This document shows positions 31,038 through 39,574 of a stretch of 64,000 bases of DNA, piece after piece. This DNA is from Candidatus Rokubacteria bacterium 13_1_40CM_69_27. Lineage in GTDB: Bacteria; Methylomirabilota; Methylomirabilia; Rokubacteriales; CSP1-6. Numbering within the stretch: the stretch's first letter is position 1; every line of letters begins with the position of its first letter. The DNA lies in contig MNEF01000029.1 in the NCBI GenBank assembly GCA_001917535.1, positions 13,815 through 77,814 on the forward strand, in the 5' to 3' direction. Under the pieces are notes generated by a model, which saw nothing but the letters and a program-made list of their open reading frames with translations, was not told where the DNA came from and did not search any database. Both the position numbers and the translations under genes were made by a program.

Positions 31038-32186
31038 GTGGTGGTCGTCCTCCCGTCCCGGACGGAGGAGGTTCCCCCGAGCACGCGGCTCGCCGGGCTT
31101 CCGTTGCTCCGTCGGATCGTGCTGGCGGCCGGGCGCGCGGGGTTCGGACGAGTTCTGGTGGGGTGCCTGCGGAGCGAAGACCAGCCGCTGCTCGCCGGCA
31201 CCTGCGCCGGGGCGCTGCGCCCGAACGGGCCGACGTCGCTGTCGGCCCGGCGCATCGTGCTTCTGCCCATGAACGTCGTGCCGCAGCCGAGCTGGTTGCG
31301 ACAGCTTCGGGAGATCGAGCTCGAGCCCGACCGGCTGTACGTAGACCAGGCGTCGGTGGCGGTCGTGGAGGCGACGGACCCGGCGCGGGTGGTCGCCGTG
31401 GCCGCTCGGTGTGGCAGCGCGGCCGACGTCGTCGCGACCTTGCGGGGCACCTTCAAGGCCGCAGACCGGGCCTTCGATGAGAAGGGGCGATTCCCGCTGG
31501 CGTCGCTCCGCGACATCCCGGCCGCCGAGACCTGGCTCCTGCGGAGCCTGATCAAGCAGCACGAAGGGTTCATGTCACGCCACCTGGAGCGACGAATCTC
31601 CCTGGCCCTGACCCGCAGGCTGGTCACCACGCGAATCACGCCGAATGCGATGACCGTGGTGAGCGTCGCCATCGGGCTTGTCGGCGCGCCCTTCTTCCTG
31701 TCTTCCGCCCCCGCCTACCAGTTGGCGGGGGCGCTCCTCTTCTTGACCCATTCGATCGTCGACGGGTGCGACGGAGAGATCGCCCGATTGAAGTTCCTGG
31801 AGTCGGCGGCCGGCGCTGTCCTCGACTTCTGGGGCGACAACCTCGTGCACGCGGCGGTGTTCACCTGCCTGGCGGTCGGTTGGAGCCTCGATACCGGGAC
31901 CACCTGGCCGCCGCTGCTCGGCGGTATCGCGGTCGCGAGCACGCTGGGATCGGCCGCCGTCGTCTATGGGCGCGGCCTCCGGGCCTCCCACGCGAACGGT
32001 GAGACCTCACGGCTGTCGCGCCTCGCCGATGCGCTCTCTCACCGGGACTTCATCTATGTCATCCTCCTCCTGGCCGCAGCGGGAAAGGCCGCATGGTTCC
32101 TCGTCATTGCCGCGGCCGGGGCGCCGATCTACCTGCTCCTGCTCGCGTGGATCGGTCGAACGGATCGAGGTGCTGCGCCGTCGTGA
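31038..32186 (+). CDS. Second CDP-alcohol phosphatidyltransferase with a degenerate N-terminal domain
   Basis: ITPNAMT and IVDGCDGEIARLKFLESAAGAVLDFWGD; start approximate. Confidence 0.85.
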   Translation: MVVVLPSRTEEVPPSTRLAGLPLLRRIVLAAGRAGFGRVLVGCLRSEDQPLLAGTCAGALRPNGPTSLSARRIVLLPMNVVPQPSWLRQLREIELEPDRLYVDQASVAVVEATDPARVVAVAARCGSAADVVATLRGTFKAADRAFDEKGRFPLASLRDIPAAETWLLRSLIKQHEGFMSRHLERRISLALTRRLVTTRITPNAMTVVSVAIGLVGAPFFLSSAPAYQLAGALLFLTHSIVDGCDGEIARLKFLESAAGAVLDFWGDNLVHAAVFTCLAVGWSLDTGTTWPPLLGGIAVASTLGSAAVVYGRGLRASHANGETSRLSRLADALSHRDFIYVILLLAAAGKAAWFLVIAAAGAPIYLLLLAWIGRTDRGAAPS

Positions 32187-32721
32187 CCGCGTTCCTCGAT
32201 GTCGTGCTCCACGGCGCCGGTCTGTCGAGTCAGGCCATCGCCGTCGGAGGTGTCCTCTTCGTCCTCCTGGTGCTTCGGCCAGCAGGCGTGACGGCGGCGG
32301 AGATCGCCCCGCTCGTCGGCCGATCCCTTACGCTCGTGGCCGGGTGCGCCGTCGGCGTGGCCATCGCCCAGTGCCTGAGCCTCGTGCTGCAGCTCGACGC
32401 CTTGGCGGGCGACGACGGCTCTTCGAGTGGATGGTGCGAACCGGGCGGCTTCGCTCTCGATGCTGCGCGCTCGTCTTCCCGCTCCTCTGCGCCGTCGGCA
32501 GTGGGCTCCTCCTCACGCATTCGCACGCCCTCGACAGCCTCAAGACGGAATTTCTCGTCGAGGTGACACACGCCCCGCTGGCGATCGTGGGGATGCTCGT
32601 CGGGTGGGCCCGGTGGCTCGAGCTCCGGCTGCCGCCTCCCGACGACCGCCTGCCCGGCCGGCTCTGGCCGGCGGGCCTTACGCTGGTCGGCCTGCTGCTG
32701 CTCCTCTACCGGGAGAGCTGA
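32183..32721 (+). pseudogene. Internally deleted, frameshifted CopD-family paralog
   Basis: N-part VTAFLDVVLHG...AVGG and C-part FEWMVRTGRL...LLLTHSHA...WARWLELRL...LYRES match the two ends of the 524-aa protein at 48055-49629; junction near 32418. Confidence 0.8.
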
Positions 32722-32728
32722 GGTCGGG

Positions 32729-33721
32729 ATGCGCTCCATCCGTTTGGGGTTCCTCGCGCTGGGGGCGACGCTGCTCGTCGGCCTGATCGTCGAGAACGAC
32801 CCGGGAGCGATCCTGGCCTCCATGTCGCAGCTGTCCTGGCGGCTCCTCATCGTGCTCTGCTTCCCGATGCCGCTCGTCGCGCTCTTCGACACGCTTGGGT
32901 GGCGTTCCGCGTTCCCGCGGCACCGCGTCGCGTTCCGCACGCTGCTGTCGGTGCGGCTCGCCGGCGAAGCCTTCAACATCACCACTCCCACGGCCGCCCT
33001 GGGCGGCGAGGCCGTCAAGGCCTGGCTGCTGCGGGATCGCGTCCCGCTCGACGAGAGCCTGCCGTCCCTGATCGTGGCGAAGACGACGATCACGATCGCG
33101 CAGGGTGTCTTCCTCCTGCTCGGGGTCACGCTCGCTCACTGGACGTTGCCGCCGGATTCGCTGCTGCTCCGGGGCATGCAGGCGTTGCTGGTGGTGGAGG
33201 TCGTTGCCCTGACCGGATTCGTCCTCGCCCAGATGCGGGGCGTGCTCGGATGGGGCAGACGCCTGCTGAGCGGCTTCGGCTTCGGCTTGCCGCGGTTCTT
33301 CGAGGCCCGCGGCACGCTCGAGCGCGTCGACGACGGGCTGGCACGCTTCTACCGCCACGAGCGGGGGCGATTTATCGCGTCGATTCTCTGGCATCTCGTC
33401 GCCTGGCTGCTTGGTTCGGTCGAGACCTACCTGATCCTCCGCTTCATCGGTGTGGGCGTGTCGTTGACCACCGCCACCGTGATCGAAGCCTTCGGCGCCG
33501 CCGTCCGCGTCGCCACATTTTTGATCCCGGCCAGTCTGGGGGCCCTCGAGGGCGGCTTCGTCGCGACGTTCGTGGCCCTGGGGCTCGGGCCGACCGCCGG
33601 CGTCTCGTTCAGCCTGGTGCGGCGCGTGCGCGAGGCGACCTGGGCCGGAGTCGGACTCGTGGCGTTCGCGGCGCGCGCCCGGTCGCAGGCGCGTGGCCAC
33701 CGCCCGGCTTCCGCCCACTGA
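32729..33721 (+). CDS. Lysylphosphatidylglycerol-synthase TM / flippase-like membrane protein (HpnL-like)
   Basis: RLAGEAFNITTPTAALGGEAVKA, IPASLGALEGG, LVRRVRE. Confidence 0.8.
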   Translation: MRSIRLGFLALGATLLVGLIVENDPGAILASMSQLSWRLLIVLCFPMPLVALFDTLGWRSAFPRHRVAFRTLLSVRLAGEAFNITTPTAALGGEAVKAWLLRDRVPLDESLPSLIVAKTTITIAQGVFLLLGVTLAHWTLPPDSLLLRGMQALLVVEVVALTGFVLAQMRGVLGWGRRLLSGFGFGLPRFFEARGTLERVDDGLARFYRHERGRFIASILWHLVAWLLGSVETYLILRFIGVGVSLTTATVIEAFGAAVRVATFLIPASLGALEGGFVATFVALGLGPTAGVSFSLVRRVREATWAGVGLVAFAARARSQARGHRPASAH

Positions 33722-33754
33722 GGCTCTCCCGGCGGGGCCGGCGATCCTCCGAGA

Positions 33755-34501
33755 TCAGCGCGTGAGGGGGGAGGCGCGGCGGGCGGCGCCGCCAAAGACC
33801 GACCGGAAGCCGAAGTAGGCGATCGAGTCCTTCATGTTCGACACGAACCGCTTGAGCGGACTCATTCCCGGGTCCGTGACGTACTCGAGCGTGAGGCTCA
33901 CGCGCTCCTCGCCCTCGCCCAGCGGCGTGATCGTGTGCCACAGGTTGTCGCCGTTGAACAGCACGAGGGTGCCCGGCTCGGTGGCCAGCCGGATCTCCAG
34001 GGGCTCGCGCCGCGGGTCCTTGCGGTAGGGCTGGCAGACCAGGCGGCTCGACGACCGCTCGATGAGGCCTACCAGCACCGTGTAGCGGGCACCGTTGTAA
34101 TAAGACGTGTCGAAGTGGAAGCCGATATGATCGCCCGGCTCGGTGTAATAGTAGAGCGCGCACGCGTGCGGATCGGTGTCGGGACAGCACTGGAGCGGTC
34201 GTCCCGTCACCCGGCGCAGGAAGTCGATGAACGCGGGCGAGCGGTAGAGCGCCAGGATGGCCGGCGCTTCGGCCGCCAGCGTGAAGGAGCTCACGCTGCC
34301 GCCCTTCTTGTGCTTGGGGATGTAGTTGCGGTGAACGGCGGGCCGGACGCGCTCGACCTCGGCCACCAACGGCTCGATGACGGACGACGGCAGGCAGCGC
34401 TCGAGATAGACGAACTCGTTCTGCCGCCAGTACGCCGCCTGCACCGCCTCCACGTCGAGCGCGCGGATCACGCGCGCGATCTCCTCCTGCACCGGGTCCA
34501 T
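33755..34501 (-). CDS. 2OG-Fe(II) oxygenase
   Basis: GFHFD (HxD), WHTITP distal His, RVSL 2OG-binding Arg; start 34501 or 34516. Confidence 0.8.
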   Translation of the reverse strand: MDPVQEEIARVIRALDVEAVQAAYWRQNEFVYLERCLPSSVIEPLVAEVERVRPAVHRNYIPKHKKGGSVSSFTLAAEAPAILALYRSPAFIDFLRRVTGRPLQCCPDTDPHACALYYYTEPGDHIGFHFDTSYYNGARYTVLVGLIERSSSRLVCQPYRKDPRREPLEIRLATEPGTLVLFNGDNLWHTITPLGEGEERVSLTLEYVTDPGMSPLKRFVSNMKDSIAYFGFRSVFGGAARRASPLTR

Positions 34502-34649
34502 CAGGCGATCGAGCACTCGGCCCTCCGGGCGATCGTGTCGGCTCGCTGGCGACGCGCGGCCCCGCCCGCTATGGTACACTGGCCCGGTCCCGCTGACCGG
34601 GGGATCGTTCCCGCTCATCGCGCGTTCATATCGACGAAGGAGGCACCCC

Positions 34650-35723
34650 GTGGCATCGGTTCGAGTCGCCCTCATCGGCGTCGGCAACTGCGCGTCGGCC
34701 CTCGTCCAGGGCGCGCAATTCTACCGCACCACTCCCGAGGAAGGTTTCGTGCCCGGCCTGATGCACCCGCGGCTGGGCGAATATCATATCGGCGACATCG
34801 AGTTCTCGGCGGCCTTCGATATCGATGTCCGCAAAGTCGGCCGGGATCTTTCCGAGGCGATTTTCGAGGTTCCGAACAACACCGTGCGCTTCGCCCAGGT
34901 CCCGCCCCTGGGCGTGCCGGTGCACCGGGGCATGACCCATGACGGGTTGGGAACCTACCTCTCGCAGATGATTCGCAAGGCCCCCGGCTCGACGGCCGAC
35001 ATCGCGGGCATCTTGCGGGAGACGGGGACCCACGTCGTCGTCAACTTCCTCCCGGTCGGCAGCGAGATGGCGACGAAGTGGTACGTCGAGCAGGTCCTCG
35101 ACGCCGGCTGCGCCTTCGTCAACTGCATCCCCGTCTTCATCGCCCGGGAGGCCTACTGGCGCCGGCGCTTCGAGGAGCGCGGGCTCCCGGTCGTGGGCGA
35201 CGACGTCAAGTCCCAGGTGGGCGCCACCATCGTCCACCGGGCGCTGGCCCGGCTCTTTATGGATCGCGGCGTTCGCCTGGAGCGCACGAGCCAGCTCAAC
35301 GTCGGCGGCAACACCGACTTCTACAACATGCTCGAGCGCGAACGGCTGGTGTCGAAGAAGATCTCGAAGACCGACGCGGTGCGCTCCCAGCTCCGCCACG
35401 ACCTGCCGAGCGAGGCGATCCACATCGGACCCAGCGACTACGTGCCCTGGCTCGAGGACCGCAAGTGGGCGCACATCCGCCTGGAGGGCCGCAGCTTCGG
35501 CGATCAGCCGGTGACGGTGGAGCTGAAGCTCGAGGTCTGGGACTCGCCCAACTCGGCCGGCGTGGTGATCGACGCCATCCGCTGCGGCAAGATCGCGCTC
35601 GACCGCGGCCTCAAGGGCGCGCTCCTGGCGCCCTCCGCGTACCTCATGAAATCACCGCCGGAGCAGTGGGCCGACGACACGGCCCGCCAGCGTCTGGAGC
35701 GGTTCATCAGCGGCGAAGAGTAG
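34650..35723 (+). CDS. ino1: myo-Inositol-1-phosphate synthase
   Basis: [48 protein letters not shown]. Confidence 0.95.
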   Translation: MASVRVALIGVGNCASALVQGAQFYRTTPEEGFVPGLMHPRLGEYHIGDIEFSAAFDIDVRKVGRDLSEAIFEVPNNTVRFAQVPPLGVPVHRGMTHDGLGTYLSQMIRKAPGSTADIAGILRETGTHVVVNFLPVGSEMATKWYVEQVLDAGCAFVNCIPVFIAREAYWRRRFEERGLPVVGDDVKSQVGATIVHRALARLFMDRGVRLERTSQLNVGGNTDFYNMLERERLVSKKISKTDAVRSQLRHDLPSEAIHIGPSDYVPWLEDRKWAHIRLEGRSFGDQPVTVELKLEVWDSPNSAGVVIDAIRCGKIALDRGLKGALLAPSAYLMKSPPEQWADDTARQRLERFISGEE

Positions 35724-35724
35724 C

Positions 35725-38481
35725 TTGGCGCTCGTCACGACGACCGGCGGCGTCCTGCGCCGGCTGGTGCGGGTCGCCTGCACGTTTCCCGCTCTCACGG
35801 TGGCCGCGGCGCTCGCCCTGTCCGCGGCGTCCGTCTGGTACGCCCTCACCACGCTCACCTTCGCGACCTCGACCCGCGCGCTCCTGCCCTCGGGCCTACC
35901 CTACATCGAGCGGTACGTCGAGTACGACCGAGAGTTCGGCGAGCTCGATGACCTGGTCGTCGTGGTCGAGGCCCGATCGCCTCCGGAAGCGAAGGTCTAC
36001 GCCAGCCGCCTGGTCCGCGAGGTGCGCGCCCAGCACGTCCCCCTGCGGCGCATCGCCTACCGGATCGATCCCAAGCAGTTCGAGGGGCGCGCGCTGCTGT
36101 ATATGTCCAAGGAGAAGCTGACCGAGATCCGTGACAAGGTCTTCGACTACCAGGAGTTCATGGAGACCTTCGCCGCCCAACCCACGCTCGACCAACTGGT
36201 GGCCGGCCTGGCCACCCAGATCGCCAACTCTTTTGTCACCGGCTTCTTCGATCTCGGGCTCGAGGACACCAAGGCCACCAGCGACCTGCGCTTCATCGAG
36301 GACCTGGAGGCGCAGGTCTCGGCGCGCCTCGAGCGCCCGGCGCCTTACCGCTCGCCGTGGGGCGCGCTCTTCTCGGCGGAGGCCGAAGAGTCGGGCGCCG
36401 GCTACTTCCTCTCCGACGATCAGCGGCTGCTCTTCATCCTGGCCGATCCGGAGAGCGATGCCGGCAGCTTCAGCCAGGACCGCCGCGCAGTCGAGGCAAC
36501 CCGCGCCGTCATTGCCTCGCTCCGGCGCGACTTCCCCCAGGTCAACGTGGGCGTTACCGGCAAGCCGGCCCTGGCCAGCGACGAGATGACGGCGGCGTTC
36601 CGGGACAGCGAGAAAGCCACCCTGCTGGCCTTCGCGCTGACGCTGGTCCTCCTGATCGTCGCCTTCCTGCGGGCGGGCAAGCCGCTGCTCATGCTGTTCG
36701 TGCTGGCCATGAGCCTCGGCTGGTCGATCGGCATCGCCACCCTGGCCATCGGCCACCTGTCGCTCTTCTCGGTGATGTTCATCTCGATCGTCATCGGCAT
36801 CGGCATCGACTACGGCATCTATTTCCTCTTCCGCTACGAGGAGGAGTTGTTCCTGGGCCGGAGCCTGCGCGAGGCGATCGAGGTGACAGCGGCCCGCAGC
36901 GGTCCGGGCATGCTGGTGGGCGCGGCCACGGCCGCGGCCACCTTCTACGTGCTCATGCTGACGGACTTCCGGGGGCTCCAGGAGCTGGGGCTCATCGCGG
37001 GAAGCGCCATTTTAATGTCCTGGCTGGCGATGATGACGGTCTTCCCAGCCACCCTCATGCTGGTCGACCGGCGGCACGCCCGGCGGCCCCAGCGGACGAT
37101 TCCGCGGGCGATGGAGCTGGAGCGTATCCGCGTACCGTTGCTCGATCTCATCGCCGCCCACCCCAAGACGGTGCTGGCGCTGGCCGCTCTCGTCACCGCC
37201 GTCTCCGCCTGGGGACTCCGCTGGGTCCAGTTCGACTACAACCTGCTCAACCTCCAGGCGGACGGGACCGAATCGGTCGTCTGGGAGAAGAAGGTGCTGG
37301 CCACGGCCGGCCGCTCGGGGTTCGCCGCGCTCGCGCGCGCCGACTCCTTCGAAGAGCTGCGACGCAAGCACGCCGCCTTCAGCCGGCTGCCCAGCGTGTC
37401 GGAGGTGGATTCGGCGCTGCTCCTGATCCCCGAGGACCAGGACGAGAAGCGGAAGATCATCAGCGACTTCGCCCCTCTGGCGGCGCCCGTGCGGGTGAAC
37501 CGACCGCTCCCGGTGGACCTCGATCGCCTGGTCAACGCCTTCGAGACCCTGAAACGACGCCTCGACATCGCGGCGAAGGAGGCGCCGCCCGGCGACGCCA
37601 AGCGCCGCCTCGAGCGGCTGGCCGAGCAGCTCAGCGAGCTGCTGACGAAGCTCCGGCAGGGCGACCGCGACGCCACCGAGGCCGCGCTGGCCCATCTCCA
37701 GCAGCAGCTCTACCGCGACTTCGTGCGGAGCTTCCAGCGGCTGCAGGCGAATCTGGCGCCGCCGCGCATCGGCCTGACGGACCTGCCCCCCGAGATCCGG
37801 CGCAAGTTCGTCAGCGACCGCGGCCGGTTCCTGATGCAGATCCATCCCGCCGTCGACATCTGGGGCCGCGAGGGCGCGCAGCGTTTCGTCACCGAGCTGC
37901 GGTCGGTCGACCCGGACGTCACCGGGACGCCGGTCATCACCTTCGAGGCGATCCGGCTGATGGAGCGCGCCTACCAGCAGGGCACGGTCTACGCGATCCT
38001 GCTGGTGGCCGCCCTCACCGCGCTCACGATCCGGCGCTGGCGCGAGACGCTGCTGGCGCTGCTGCCGCTGGGGCTGGGCCTCCTGTGGACGTTCGGTCTG
38101 CTGTACTTCTTCGACCTGAAGCTGACGCTGGGCAACGTCTTTGGGATCCCCCTGATCCTCGGCGCGGCCGCGGAGTTCGGCTCGAACATCGTGCTGCGCT
38201 TCATGGAGGGCCAGGACTACGAGGGGCCGCTCATCGCGCGCAGCACGGTCATGGCCGTGCTGGTCAACGGGCTGACCACGATCGTCGGCTTCGGCAGCCT
38301 GATGCTCGCGCGCCACCGGGGGATCTTCGGGCTGGGGCTCCTGCTCACGCTCGGAATGGTGACGAGCCTGATCGCGGCGCTGGTCGTGCTTCCCGTGCTG
38401 CTGCGGATGGTCCGGCAGATGCGGACCACCCGCCGGGCACCACCCGCCCCGCGCTCGGTCGAGCCCGTAGGAACGGGCTAG
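35725..38481 (+). CDS. hpnN: MMPL/RND hopanoid transporter (HpnN-like)
   Basis: 918 aa with duplicated MMPL architecture; GIGIDYGIY, FDYNLLNLQ, TGTPV, LTTIVGFGSL. Confidence 0.85.
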   Translation: MALVTTTGGVLRRLVRVACTFPALTVAAALALSAASVWYALTTLTFATSTRALLPSGLPYIERYVEYDREFGELDDLVVVVEARSPPEAKVYASRLVREVRAQHVPLRRIAYRIDPKQFEGRALLYMSKEKLTEIRDKVFDYQEFMETFAAQPTLDQLVAGLATQIANSFVTGFFDLGLEDTKATSDLRFIEDLEAQVSARLERPAPYRSPWGALFSAEAEESGAGYFLSDDQRLLFILADPESDAGSFSQDRRAVEATRAVIASLRRDFPQVNVGVTGKPALASDEMTAAFRDSEKATLLAFALTLVLLIVAFLRAGKPLLMLFVLAMSLGWSIGIATLAIGHLSLFSVMFISIVIGIGIDYGIYFLFRYEEELFLGRSLREAIEVTAARSGPGMLVGAATAAATFYVLMLTDFRGLQELGLIAGSAILMSWLAMMTVFPATLMLVDRRHARRPQRTIPRAMELERIRVPLLDLIAAHPKTVLALAALVTAVSAWGLRWVQFDYNLLNLQADGTESVVWEKKVLATAGRSGFAALARADSFEELRRKHAAFSRLPSVSEVDSALLLIPEDQDEKRKIISDFAPLAAPVRVNRPLPVDLDRLVNAFETLKRRLDIAAKEAPPGDAKRRLERLAEQLSELLTKLRQGDRDATEAALAHLQQQLYRDFVRSFQRLQANLAPPRIGLTDLPPEIRRKFVSDRGRFLMQIHPAVDIWGREGAQRFVTELRSVDPDVTGTPVITFEAIRLMERAYQQGTVYAILLVAALTALTIRRWRETLLALLPLGLGLLWTFGLLYFFDLKLTLGNVFGIPLILGAAAEFGSNIVLRFMEGQDYEGPLIARSTVMAVLVNGLTTIVGFGSLMLARHRGIFGLGLLLTLGMVTSLIAALVVLPVLLRMVRQMRTTRRAPPAPRSVEPVGTG

Positions 38482-38486
38482 AAGAC

Positions 38487-38557
38487 TCGGAGGGGGGCTT
38501 CGCCCCCCTTCCGAACCCTCCCCCCAGGACGGATGGCGCGGGCCAAGCCCGCGCTCG
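38487..38557 (+). repeat. Dispersed palindromic element, copy 4 (possible terminator between convergent genes)
   Basis: TCGGAGGGGGGC-TTC-GCCCCCCTTCCGA, then CCCCCAGGA, then GCGCGGGCCAAGCCCGCGC. Confidence 0.8.
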
Positions 38558-38585
38558 GGCCGGTCGTCACCCAGTTCCGCGAGTC

Positions 38586-39317
38586 TCACGAGGCGGCGGC
38601 GCCGCCGAAGGCCTCGAGCATCCCCTCGGCGCAGATGCGCCGCACGGTGATGGCGCGTCGCAGGGCCAGCCGGCCCCGTGCCTGCTCTTCATCGGTGACG
38701 GCCAGCCGCTCGAGCAGCCGCACGGCGCGCTCGGCGTGATCACCCTCCACCTCCATGTGGACGTAGTAGAAGTCGAGCGCGTCCCGGGCCACCCCGTAGT
38801 GCTTCTCCATCGCCTCGGCCATCTGTTTCATGTGGAGGGGGTTGATCGACTCGGTGGCGATGTTGCCGCCGCACAGCGCCTCCAGCACTGAGGAGCGCTG
38901 CAGGAGGAACAACTCGTTCTTCTCGATGATCGTGGTCGGCAGATACTCCGTCGCGAACACCTCGGCCCGCGGGATGCCCAGCGCCTCGGCCAGACGGAGA
39001 AAGAGGTAGGCGTGGGCGGTCGTCTTGCCGCCGATCGTGTCCTCGCCGCCCTCCTCGACGACGAGCGGGATCAGGGCGCGCTGGCGCTCGAGGTCCTCGA
39101 ACGTCGGCATGGAGCCGCCGACGGAGATGATCTTCCACGCCGCGTGGCGGAGCGTGTCGAGGAAGAAGCAGCCCTGCTGCCGGATCACCCGCTGGAGCTG
39201 GCGCCGGTCGAGCTTGCCCTCGTAGATCAGGTGGAAGAGCCGGTGGTGGAGCCAGGGATGCGTCTCCCGGGCTTCGTTCAGCAGGCTTGCCGCGAACTCC
39301 GCCGGAGCGAGCGCCAT
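38586..39317 (-). CDS. TenA/PqqC/CADD-like heme-oxygenase-fold iron-containing redox enzyme
   Basis: HPWLHHRLF, VEEGG...AH, ATE, FYYVHMEVEGDHAE diiron-type residues. Confidence 0.7.
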   Translation of the reverse strand: MALAPAEFAASLLNEARETHPWLHHRLFHLIYEGKLDRRQLQRVIRQQGCFFLDTLRHAAWKIISVGGSMPTFEDLERQRALIPLVVEEGGEDTIGGKTTAHAYLFLRLAEALGIPRAEVFATEYLPTTIIEKNELFLLQRSSVLEALCGGNIATESINPLHMKQMAEAMEKHYGVARDALDFYYVHMEVEGDHAERAVRLLERLAVTDEEQARGRLALRRAITVRRICAEGMLEAFGGAAAS

Positions 39318-39329
39318 GCTTACCTCCTG

Positions 39330-39435
39330 TTCGGGCGCGGGCTTCGCCCGCGCAACCACCGGGGTGTTTCAGAGGGGGCCGCGCGGCCCCCTCTGACTAT
39401 GGATCTCGGAGGGGGCCATCGAGGCCCCCTCCGAC
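39330..39435 (-). repeat. Dispersed palindromic element, copy 5 (double hairpin)
   Basis: GCGCGGGCTTCGCCCGCGC plus two GAGGGGGCC...GGCCCCCTC hairpins joined by GACTATGGAT. Confidence 0.8.
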
Positions 39436-39574
39436 CCGTACCCGCCGGCCGGGCGTTACACCGGCGGCTATCCGCGACGATGGCCCGGAGGGCCTGGGCA
39501 TCCCCGGCTTGCAGCGCTGGCCACACCGGCGCGGCTTCACCCGTCCCCGGAAGGACGCGGCGGGCATGACCGGA

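Noticed and set aside
33755..34501. BesD/HalD-type halogenase
   Set aside because: The metal triad is HxD, not HxG/A
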